Made by a program: the position numbers and the translations under genes. Shown here in pieces: positions 1 to 9,991 of a stretch of 64,000 nt of DNA. Location: assembly GCF_018350175.1 (NCBI RefSeq), contig NC_058368.1:109804001-109868000 (forward strand), in the 5' to 3' direction. The DNA comes from Felis catus. Lineage: Eukaryota. Under the pieces are notes generated by a model that ran no database searches, was not told where the DNA came from, and saw nothing but the letters and a program-made list of their open reading frames with translations. How positions within the stretch are numbered: position 1 is the first letter of the stretch; every line of letters begins with the position of its first letter.

Positions 1-22
1 GGCAGAGTCTGAAGAAATGGAG
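1..22 (+). CDS. HSPA4: HSPA4 coding exon, 3' end only (AESEEME)
   Basis: GCA GAG TCT GAA GAA ATG GAG, then donor GTATAA at 23; in frame with the next exon. Confidence 0.9.
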
Positions 23-42
23 GTATAAGTTGTGTGTGTGTG

Positions 43-73
<31 letters not shown>

Positions 74-3000
74 AATTATTTTTTTTTGAGAGACGGAGGG
101 CATGAGTGGGGGAGGGGCAGAGAAAGGGTGAGAGAATCCCAAGCAGGTTCCATGGTGTCGGCATGGAGCCCAGCATGGGACTTGTTCCCACAAACTGCAA
201 GATAAAGACCTGAGCCGAAATCAAGAGTCAGGTGCTCAGCCTACCCAGGTGCCCCATAGTTGTGTTTGTGAATGTGATTTGTAATCTCTTCACATCGATG
301 GTTTGGCTGAGATAGTGCATCTTCGAAGGTAGTTATGCATTTGACCCTTGAATAATGCGCAGGTTAAGGATCCTGACCCCTATGCAGTAAAAAGCCTGTG
401 TATAACGTCTGGCTCCCCCAAAAGTTGACTAGTGGCCTACTGTTGACCAGAAGCCCTACTAGTCACAAAATAAGTAGTTGATTAACTCCTTTTGTATGTT
501 ACATGTATTAAATATTGTATTCTTACAAGAAGATAAGCTAGAGAAAAAATGTTACTAAGAAAATCGTAAAGCAGAGACCATGCACTTGGAGTACTGTACT
601 GTTTCAAAAAGAAATCCATATATGCATGGACCTGTGCGGTTCAAACCTGTATTATTCAAGGGTCAGCTGTGTTAGGAATTCTCCATGTATTTGAAACTTT
701 TAAGCAAGATTTTGTAGTGTGTTTGGAAAGTGTTTGGCTAGAACATTGAACTGTAGTCCATTTAGTATGTGGGAAGAATGTACTCAGAAACTAGTTTTGC
801 TAGGTTGTGATTGGTTCTTGTTGGTTTCTGAATGGCTGTTGCTGTTAGTCATCCTACCTATAATTTATTTTTTACTGATAAATGGGACATAATTTTTTCA
901 AATTTTGTTATCTGACACTTGTTTTTTGTCTAAAGATAGTGTTTTAAATAATAAGGTATATCCTAACTACTTATTTGAAAATATATATGTAACACTGTTG
1001 AATCCTTCACGATCCTATTTTTTTTATTTATTTTTTAAAATTATTCTTGAGAGTGAGAATGCACCCATGTGCGTGGTGGGGGTGGGTGTGGTGCAGGCAG
1101 AGAGAGAGGGAGAGAGAGGATCCCACAACAGCTGTCAGCATGGAGCCTGACTTGAGGCTTGATCTCATGAACCACAAGATCACGACCTGAGTGAGCCCAA
1201 ATCCAGAGTTGAACACTTAACTGACTGAGCCACCCACGTGCCCCTGTAATCCTGTTCTTTAACTTGGTGACGTCCAAGTTTTCGTGTTTAAATTTGTTGT
1301 CAGTATTGAAAACGTGTTTTCTTTCAACTTAGGATATTGCAGTGTGTAGTCTAACCTTTGTAACCTGTTTCTGATTGTTTGGCAGAACCTGTAGATGGCT
1401 TAAGTCTGTAAACTCATTTTTCTTTTTTAAAGTTTTTGTTTTTAAGTTTATTTCTGAGAGAGAGAGAGAGCAGGGGAGGGGCAGAGAGAGAGGGAGACAG
1501 AATTCCAAGCAGGCTCTGTACTGTCAGCACAGAGCCTGATGTGGAGCTCAGACTCCCAGAACTGTGAGATCATGACCGGAGCTGAAACCAAGAGTCAGAT
1601 GCTGAATTGACTGGGCCCCCAGGCGGTGCTGTTAACTCATTTTCACATCAGCTTATTAGTATATTTGAAATTATTGTGAGTGTGCAAATCATAAAAAAGA
1701 ATAATGGTCAGAGGAAGTGGAAAAGCCTGCTTATAGGCCTTTTCCAAGGTAGAAAACCATTCATGGTGAGTGGTTGAGGGCAACAGTCTGAGGGAGTAGT
1801 ACTTTGTGTGTATATGGAGAACTGTCGAGGAGAAAGGAAAGGTGCTCTGTCCCTTCCCCTCCTAGTGCTGTGGAGCTGTGGGAAATTTCAGTGGGCTGGT
1901 TAGGCTTCTTCGTTGACGTGGCTTGAGAACTGACACCTTTCCTAGTATGAAATTAAATGCAAATGATAAATTTTAGAAACTGACTTAACTTGGATAAGAG
2001 GTGGGGAAAATGGCTTTGAAATTGTGCCTTGTATCATACAGCAGATTGAATTCCAGATAAGTTAGGTAGTTAAAAAAAACAACAAAACAACAAATGAATA
2101 TTTTTCCAGTCTTTGGATCAGGGAGGGCTTTGAAAGCATGAAAGCGATGAAAGTTATCCCAGAGGAAAAAAAGGGATACATTTAACAATAAAGACTTGTA
2201 TAGATATATGGACAAGTAATACAAAATTAAAAAAAGTGGAAAAAGTCAGTTGAGGGAAAAAAATCACTAAAATGCTAAGAGATGTTGGTTGATAAATGCC
2301 AAGGGAATATGAAGAAATAGGTAAGTGTGTGAGATAAGGTTATTTTTTTTTTTAATAAAGTGTATTTATTTTGAGAGAGAGAGAGAGAGAGAGAGAGCAA
2401 GAGTGCTCATGTGCAAGTGGGAGAGGAGCAGAGAAAGAGGGAGCAAGAGAGAATCCCAAGCAGGCTCTGCATTGACAGCATGGAGATTTGAGGTTTGAAT
2501 TCACAAGCCAGGAGTGAGATCATGACCTGAGCTGAAATCAAGACTCGGATACCTAACTGAGCCATCCAGGCACACCAAGGTTATTGACCCAAAGAAAATC
2601 ATAGATGATGGTAAACAAATTCTTGTTTGTGGCCAGGGTGTGGTGGATGGATTGTCTGATTCTTTGTGAGAATGTAAATTGGTATAGACGATCTGGAAAT
2701 CATATTGGTAATAGGTTTCTGAACCATAAATTCATATCTTTCCCTAATATCATATCCAAATCTGTATGTTTAGATAAGATTGGAAGAAAATTGGAGAAGA
2801 TTTAATAGTGATTATGTGTTGGGACGTCTGGCTGGCCCAGTCGGTTAAGTGTCCGACTTTGACTCAAGTCATTATCTCACAGCTCTTGGGTTTGAGCCTT
2901 GCGTCGGCCTGTATGCTGACAGCTCTGAGCCTGGAGCCTGCTTAGGAGACTGTGTCTCCCTTGCCCTCTGTGCCCCCCCCCCCCCCCCCCGCTTGTGCTC

Positions 3001-6000
3001 TGTCTCTCAAAAATAAAGAAAACGTTAAAACATTAAAAAAAATTGTGATTATGTGTTGATTGTGGGATTATGGGAGGTTTTGTGTGTGTTTATGCAGTGC
3101 GGCAGTATTCGGTATATTTACATTGTGATGTAGCCAGTCTTCTAAACATTTTCATCTTGCCGTTTGGAAACTCTGTGCGTATTAAACAGCAACTCCCCAT
3201 TCCCCCATGTCCCTTACCCCCAGCCCCTGGCACCCACCATTACTTCTGTGGCTGTGGATTTGACTACTCACAGTATTTATATTTTTAACTTTGCAGATAC
3301 TATAAGAAGTAGCCCCAGGTTATTGAGATTAGAATACAAAGTGATAAAAAAACAAAAAGAACTCTTGAAATGGAAGTTTAAGGTGGCCCATATATGTTTG
3401 TTAATAGTGATTTCTTGTTATTTTAGACCTCTCAAGCTGGATCAAAAGACAAAAAGATGGACCAACCACCCCAAGCCAAGAAGGCAAAAGTGAAGACCAG
3501 TACTGTGGACCTGCCCATTGAGAATCAGCTGTTATGGCAGATAGACAGAGAGATGCTCAACTTGTACATTGAAAATGAGGTGGTTATTTCCAGCCTCTTA
3601 GAACATTCAGCTAACTGATGAATATGGCCATAGAGCTCAAACTCTGTCTAGTGACATTTATGGGGTTTGAGGCAGCAATTTTAGGTTTTTGGGTAATGCA
3701 AGGGCAAATCCCATGTAATGTCAAAATTCTTTTACGGTTATATGTCTATATTGCTAGAAGCTGTGTTATGAGATCTTTAACATTACGTCTTTGATTTAAT
3801 GGTGGTATTGTTCATGTTCAGGTGTGTGAGTGTGTTTGTTCACTTGGGAGCTTGGCATGTTTGATGAGGTGGGTCATGGAAGTTGATGGTAGTAGAACTC
3901 AAAGCATCAGTGGTAGTGCTATTTTGTTCATTAGTTCCTTTCCCTACTGCTAGTCAATACTGAACTCTTGTTATGGTGAGTGATGCAAGGTTTGGGACCC
4001 TGCAGCACAAATTATTGAATGAATTGTCTGCTGTTAGTTTTTTTTTTTTTTAATATCATGTATCCCTTGCATCTTAGATTTGTTTTATAGAATTATAGCA
4101 TTTACACTGTGTGAATGATTTGATGTTTTTCTTTGGTACTTAGTAATACTGCAGAGTATACCACCTTGTGACATTGAGCTGATAGTTTCTTAAAGTTCAC
4201 TTGTCTTAAATTCTCTTCCTTATTTTTGCTTTTGAGTTTCTAAATATTGATAATTTCTATTTATTTTTTATTATAAAATTTTTTTTTAACTTTTATTCAG
4301 TTTTGAGAGATAAGAATGTGAGCAGGTTAAGGGCAGAGAGGGAGAAGGAGACACAATCTGAATGAAGCAGGTTCCAGACTCCGAGCTGTCAGCACAGAGC
4401 CCGACACAGGGCTCGAACTCAGGAGCTGGGAGATCATGACCTGAGCTGAAGTCAGATGCTTAACTGACTGAGCCACCCAGGCGCCCCTATTTTTTTTCTA
4501 AGCACACCTACAAAACTCAGAGTTGATCTTCATAATTTATTGAGGACTAATATTTCCACTTCTCATTCATGGATGATTTGCAGAGCTAAGAGGATTTGGG
4601 GAAGAAGGATTCTCTCCTTGTAGGACGACATTAGTTAACATTTAAGAGGACCTCGTCTCAGCTGTCTGAATATCTAATGTGTACTGTTCTCAGGGTAAGA
4701 TGATCATGCAGGATAAACTGGAGAAAGAGAGGAATGATGCCAAGAATGCTGTGGAAGAGTACGTGTACGAGATGAGGGACAAGCTTAGCGGCGAGTATGA
4801 GAAGTTTGTGAGTGAAGCTGTAAGTATGTGCCTGCCTATTCCATGTTTTCTGGGAGTGGCCTCAGCTGTATTAGGTAGAAAGGGAGCTGGCATCTGTAGG
4901 TATATGTTCAAATGATTAAAATGTGCTTTTCTGGGGGAAAAGTGTTGTAGTTTTTTAGTGCAATGATTCCCAAAGGCTAGTCTTCATCATTTTTTTTTGT
5001 TTGTTTGTTTTTGTTGCATCACTTTTTGGTACATTTGCATGCTATTATTTACCTTGTATTTAAAAAAAGCTCACTTTTCTTTGAGGCTTACTGTTATTTT
5101 ATTTCACTTTTAAAAAATTGAGGCGTAATTGATACATAAACATTATGTTAGTTTCAGGAGTACAACATAGTGACATGTGCAAACCTGAAATGATGACCAT
5201 AAGTCTAGTTAAACATCTGTCACTACACATAGTTACAAAAGTTTTTTTTAAGATTTTATTTTTTTATAGCTTACATATTTTCAAATGCTTTTTGTATTTC
5301 TGAAAATTTCAAACATCCAAATGTGTCCGAATTTTCAAACCTATCCCTTACATACCAGAGAGAATTATAAAACTGTCTGCAGGTAACAAGCAAAATAATA
5401 CTGCCAGTCTTGTCTGTGTCTCCCTACTCCCCCCATATTTTAGAGGGAATTCAGATGCTGTAGTCTGTGTTTCTGACTTCACTGGCCAGTTGACTAATTT
5501 TTGTCATCACTAATTATATTTTATTCATCTTTAGGATCGTAACAGTTTTACCTTGAAATTAGAAGATACTGAAAACTGGTTGTATGAGGATGGAGAAGAC
5601 CAGCCAAAGCAAGTTTATGTTGATAAATTGGCAGAATTAAAAGTAAGTGATTTTGTGGGGGCTGGGGAGAGAGAGACAGAGACAAACAGACAGATACCCA
5701 GGTGCTCCAGAGCATGCGACTCTTGATCTTGGGAGTTGTGAGTTCATTCCCCATGTTGGACCTAGTGCTTCCTTTTTTTTTTTTTCATTTTTAAATTAAA
5801 AAAAAAAAAAATTTTTTTTTTTAGCATTCATTTTTGAGGGACAAAGTATGAGTGGGGGAGGGGCAGAGAGAGAGGGAGATACAGACTCTGCAGCAGGCTC
5901 CAGGCCCTGAGCTGTCAGCACAGATATCGATGCGGGGCTTGAAGTCAAGAACCATGAGATAGTGACCTGAGCCGAAGTTGGATGCCTAACCGACTGAGCC

Positions 6001-9000
6001 ACCTAGGTGCCCCCGTTATCTTTATTTTAGAACCTTGTAGTAACAAAATTATATTTCTGAAAGTGGAGTTTAGCCTTAAAATGTTTCACTGAAGGAGATT
6101 GCATTCTTGATACAGAGGTGGAAAACCTAACAAAACCTGTCCTAAAGGCAACTGTAATGCAATTGGGGGAAGGTTGTTATGTAACTTTTTTTTTTTTTTT
6201 AAGTTTTATTTGTATTTATTTTGAGAGAGAGAGAGAGAGAGCGCGCAAGTCGGGTGGGGGGACAGAGAGAGAGAGAGGGAGAGAGAGAATCTTAAGGAGG
6301 CCCCATGCTGCCAGCACAGAGTCCGATGTGGGGCTTGAACTCATGAAGCTGCGAGATCATGATCTGAGCTGAAACCAAGAATCGGATGCTTAACCGACTG
6401 AGCCACCCGGGAGCCCCATATAGCTTTGATTTTCAGTAAAGCAAAAACATCTGGTTTTGTATTAAAGAATCTGATCATTAAACTTAGGGTTGAAAGCACA
6501 AAAAAATGAAGGGGCTGAAAAAGTTCAGTTGGGAGAATGTTAGGGTGAAGATCTAAAGGCCCTTGGATCATTCCTGGTACACTGAATGTTTTAGTGCATG
6601 TCCAGGGTCATTGCCCTTTCCGTTAGTTAAGGGCTGCAAATGAATGAAGTGACTGTGTTTGAATAAAACTTTATTTAAAAAAAAATAACAAAAAATGATC
6701 TAAGGTTGAGGCCTTTGTTTGCAAAAGGATGCAAATGCACAAGAAGAACTTTTCACCTTTCTGTGGATTACTTTGTTGTCAAACTGGGCCATTGTGACTC
6801 CCTTCTGAAATGGAATTGCTCAAGGACCGTGCCTTCAAATTTCCTGTCATTCTGGAAGGATACTAAGAGCTTCCAGAGAGATCCTTCAGATTGAGTTTTT
6901 TGTTTTAGTTTTTATTATGGGCGATGTTCAAACACAGTAAAGTAGAACAGTAGTTTCAACTTTTGTCAGTTGATGACCAATTTTGTTTCATTTTTGCTCC
7001 CTTCCACTCCTAGGTATTTGATGAAAGTCTTTTGTGTTGTATTTAATCTGAAAATATTTCAGTATGTATTTAAAAGAAAATGCAACATTAAACTATATAT
7101 CATTATTACATTAAAAAATTCTTTCGTATCCCCCCCTACCACCCCCATCCCCCTTTTTAATGTTTATTTAGTTTGAGAGAGAGTGAGCAGGGTAGGGGGA
7201 GAGAGGGAGAGGGAGACAGAGAATCCTAAGCAGGTTCCATCCTGGCAGTGCAGAGCCTGACGTGGGGACTTGAACTCAAAAACTGTGAGATCATGACCTT
7301 AGCCGAAACCAAGAGTCAGATGCTTAACTGGCTGAGCCGCTCAGGCTCCCCTTTATTTTTTTATTTTTTAATTAAAAATTTTTTTTAAATGTTTATTTTT
7401 GAGAGGGGGTGGGTAGGGGAGGGACAGAGAGAGAGGGAGACACAGAATACGAATCAGGCTCCAGGCTCTGGGCTGACCATAATCTGAGCCGAAGTCGGAT
7501 GCTTAACCAACTGAGCCACCCAGGCGCTCCTTTAATACCACTTTAATGTTACTGTGTGTTTAGTTTTCAAATTCCAGTTGTTTTATAAAGTATTTTTTAG
7601 TTAGTTTGACTCAGGAACCCCATAAGGACCATACATGCTCCTTTGTCTCCTCAATCTGTGTAGTTAATCTTTCTGCCCCCTTAGTTATTAAACACAAAAC
7701 AAAACAAGACAAAAAAACTAGAAAATCTGATCTAGTTTTTTTTTGTTTTTCTGCTTATTACTGTCTAATTTACTTCTGTGGTGTTTATTGCCATCTAATA
7801 AATTCATGGTTAGAACTAGAGACTTCAGATTTAATTTACAAACTGTTTTTTTGGCACATGTGCTTCATACTTAGGATTGTGTATCACTATCGGGAGGCAC
7901 CTGTTTTTGGGTTGTCTCCCCACTGTGTTTTGAAAATTAGGACTCCAGTGACAAGTTGAACTGTGGCTCCACATGGAACCAGTATAGAGGTATATTCTCA
8001 TATTTAGCCTAAGGATATATTTCACTGGGCTGGGGAGCATTATTGGGCTTTTTATATATAGCACATGGAAATGAGTAGATCTCGGTAATAGAGACAATAC
8101 TACTTTGATAGTTTAAGCATTCTTTCGTCTGTTAAGAATCTAGGTCACCCTATTAAGATGCGATTCCAGGAATCTGAAGAAAGACCAAAATTATTTGAAG
8201 AACTAGGGAAACAAATCCAACAGTATATGAAAGTAATCAGCTCTTTCAAAAACAAGGTATCTATTTTTTTGTTGTTGTTGTTGTTCCTTTCCCTACTTTT
8301 ACTTTGGTAGAGTTAAGTTTTGAGGCATAACAGCTCTTTTCTTTTCTTTTCTTTTCTTTTCTTTTCTTTTCTTTTCTTTTCTTTTCTTTTCTTCGTTTCA
8401 ACTATTGTTCAATAATACTGCTTGGTTTTTTGTTTTGTTTTTTGGATGTTAGTGTAATGTGTATGATATTTTATTGGCTCTTACTAAGAACGCTGTGATT
8501 TGCTGCTCTGTTTTAACAGGTAGAATCTGGAAGTGAGCAGTATTGTTCAGTTTCCTTTTCTTGCTCTGAAATGCTTATCATTTACTTAATCTGCCGTATC
8601 CTGGTCTTTCTGAGAACCATTAGGCATACAGTTTGGTTTGTTATGGAAAATTTTTTAAATGTTTATTTTTGAGAGAGAGACACAGAGTGCAGGTGTGAGA
8701 GGGGCAGAGACAGACAGACACAGAATCCGAAGCAGGCTCCAGGCTTTGAGCTGTCAGCACAGAGCCTGATGTAGGGCTTGAACTCATAAAAGGTTAGATC
8801 ATGACTGGAGCCGAAGTCGGACACTTAACCAACTGAGCCACCCAGGCACCCCTCCCAAATTACTATTGAAGGGGCTGGGGTTTGGCCTGACGTCTGGCCC
8901 CACAAAGTATGGGTTCTTAACCACTCACTATAGTCCAGGTTCTTGATGGTCTGTCAGTGTAAGAAGCTTTGAGTGATAAATTGGGCTTATTTATTGAAAA

Positions 9001-9991
9001 AGAATTTGCTTCTGAAAGGTCTCCTTTATAAAATTGTTTTTGTTATTGTTCTGGTTCCTCACTAGTATGCCTAAACTTCAGTTCTCCTATCTAATGGCCT
9101 GTAATGTCATGTTTGTGAAATTATCTTCATAAGATTGTGTGTCAGGCCTGTGCTTTTTATGCTGTTGAAGTCTTTTAATTGCTATCTTGTGTGTATATTT
9201 GGCCCTTAAGTCTGTTTCCTGAGTATTTTAAAAATTGGGGTTACTCTTTCTTCAAATTTTTTTTAAGGAATTGAATTTCTATTGAGATTGTGAGGCTAAA
9301 TGTGCTTCATTTTTGAAAAGCCTGTAACTTTCTGAAAGATGGCAGACAACTGGATATTTGGGTGGGTAGAGTATCATCCTTTGACCCTTGTCTGGTTGTC
9401 TCCTGGTTGCAGGAGGACCAGTATGACCATTTGGATGCTGCAGACATGATGAAGGTGGAGAAAAGCACAAATGAAGCCATGGAGTGGATGAATAACAAAC
9501 TGAATCTGCAGAACAAGCAGAGTCTGACCGTGGATCCAGTTGTCAAGGCAAGAGAGATTGAAGCTAAAACTAAGGTAATTTATGGCCTTGATACTTAATG
9601 ATCTTTTCTTGTCAGCCTTGTTATTAATTATTAACGATCCTTAAAGTGACACTTAGCTGGGAACTTCGTTACTACATCTTAGTTTCTGGCTTCTGGTTGG
9701 GAGACGGTGGGCTTGGGTTCGTTTGAGTGGGTCACGTCAAATTTGTCATTTTGTAAGAACCCACGATTTTCTCTTCTGTCGTTCTAGGAGCTGATGAGTG
9801 TCTGTAGCCCTATAATTTCAAAGCCCAAACCCAAAGTGGAACCTCCAAAAGAGGAGCAAAAAAATGCAGAGCAGAATGGACCAGTGGATGGACAAGGAGA
9901 CAGCCCAGGCCCTCAGGCTGCCGAGCAGGGTACAGACACAGCTGTGCCTTCGGATTCAGACAAGAAGCTTCCTGAAATGGACATTGATTGA
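1..9991 (+). CDS. HSPA4: HSPA4 (HSP110/Apg-2), 5'-partial spliced CDS: join(<1..22,3427..3579,4694..4819,5535..5642,8137..8256,9413..9574,9788..9991)
   Basis: The spliced translation [30 protein letters not shown]...[25 protein letters not shown]...[23 protein letters not shown]...[18 protein letters not shown]...[11 protein letters not shown]...[23 protein letters not shown]...KKLPEMDID* matches the HSPA4 C-terminal half as I recall it. All introns are GT-AG and the frame is open. Confidence 0.97.
31..72. repeat. (TG)n microsatellite
   Basis: TG run with one interruption, directly after the splice donor. Confidence 0.95.
76..255 (-). mobile_element. Can-SINE (SINEC)
   Basis: Poly-T, GA tract, gacctgagccgaaatcaagagtc, ends cccaggtgcccc. 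Confidence 0.9.
338..669. mobile_element. Tigger2-type non-autonomous DNA transposon (TcMar-Tigger)
   Basis: TIRs CATTTGACCCTTGAATAAT (338-356) and ATTATTCAAGGGTCAGCTG (651-669), 17/19 complementary; internal sequence resembles Tigger2a. Confidence 0.85.
1018..1244 (-). mobile_element. Can-SINE
   Basis: Antisense SINEC body and T-rich tail. Confidence 0.9.
1424..1629 (-). mobile_element. Can-SINE
   Basis: Antisense SINEC body; TSD-like gt[a/t]aactcatttt on both sides. Confidence 0.9.
2343..2577 (-). mobile_element. Can-SINE
   Basis: Antisense body with (GA)n; aaggttatt on both flanks. Confidence 0.9.
2821..3042 (+). mobile_element. Can-SINE (sense to HSPA4) with internal poly-C run
   Basis: gggacgtctggctggcccagtcggttaag head and A-rich tail; ttgtgattatgtgtt-like TSD. 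Confidence 0.9.
3427..3579 (+). CDS. HSPA4: HSPA4 exon, 153 nt ([10 protein letters not shown]...LYIENE)
   Basis: Acceptor ttttag, donor GTGGTT; 51 open codons. Confidence 0.95.
4262..4487 (-). mobile_element. Can-SINE
   Basis: Antisense body ending gccacccaggcgcccc. Confidence 0.9.
4694..4819 (+). CDS. HSPA4: HSPA4 exon, 126 nt ([18 protein letters not shown]...FVSEA)
   Basis: Acceptor ttctcag, donor GTAAGT; HSP70/110 helical-lid motif [10 protein letters not shown]. Confidence 0.97.
5535..5642 (+). CDS. HSPA4: HSPA4 exon, 108 nt ([36 protein letters not shown])
   Basis: Acceptor ctttag, donor GTAAGT; HSP110 WLYEDGED motif. Confidence 0.97.
5773..6014 (-). mobile_element. Can-SINE
   Basis: Antisense body with T/A tail. 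Confidence 0.9.
6186..6417 (-). mobile_element. Can-SINE
   Basis: Antisense body with (GA)n. Confidence 0.9.
7154..7530 (-). mobile_element. Two tandem Can-SINEs (7154-7351 and 7352-7530; the second is internally deleted)
   Basis: Two antisense SINE heads, each preceded by a T-rich tail. Confidence 0.85.
8137..8256 (+). CDS. HSPA4: HSPA4 exon, 120 nt ([18 protein letters not shown]...SFKNK)
   Basis: Acceptor gttaag (AAG type), donor GTATCT; 40 open codons. Confidence 0.95.
8335..8393. repeat. (CTTTT)n pentanucleotide microsatellite
   Basis: About 11 perfect units. Confidence 0.95.
8651..8852 (-). mobile_element. Can-SINE
   Basis: Antisense SINEC body. Confidence 0.9.
9413..9574 (+). CDS. 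HSPA4: HSPA4 exon, 162 nt ([11 protein letters not shown]...EIEAKTK)
   Basis: Acceptor ttgcag, donor GTAATT; 54 open codons. Confidence 0.96.
9788..9991 (+). CDS. HSPA4: HSPA4 terminal coding exon ([16 protein letters not shown]...KKLPEMDID*)
   Basis: Acceptor ttctag; stop TGA at 9989-9991; HSP110-type MDID C-terminus. Confidence 0.97.
   Translation, partial: ELMSVCSPIISKPKPKVEPPKEEQKNAEQNGPVDGQGDSPGPQAAEQGTDTAVPSDSDKKLPEMDID

Noticed and set aside
3164..3493. 109-aa ORF overlapping the HSPA4 exon
   Set aside because: It starts in an old L1 fragment and reads the exon in the wrong frame.
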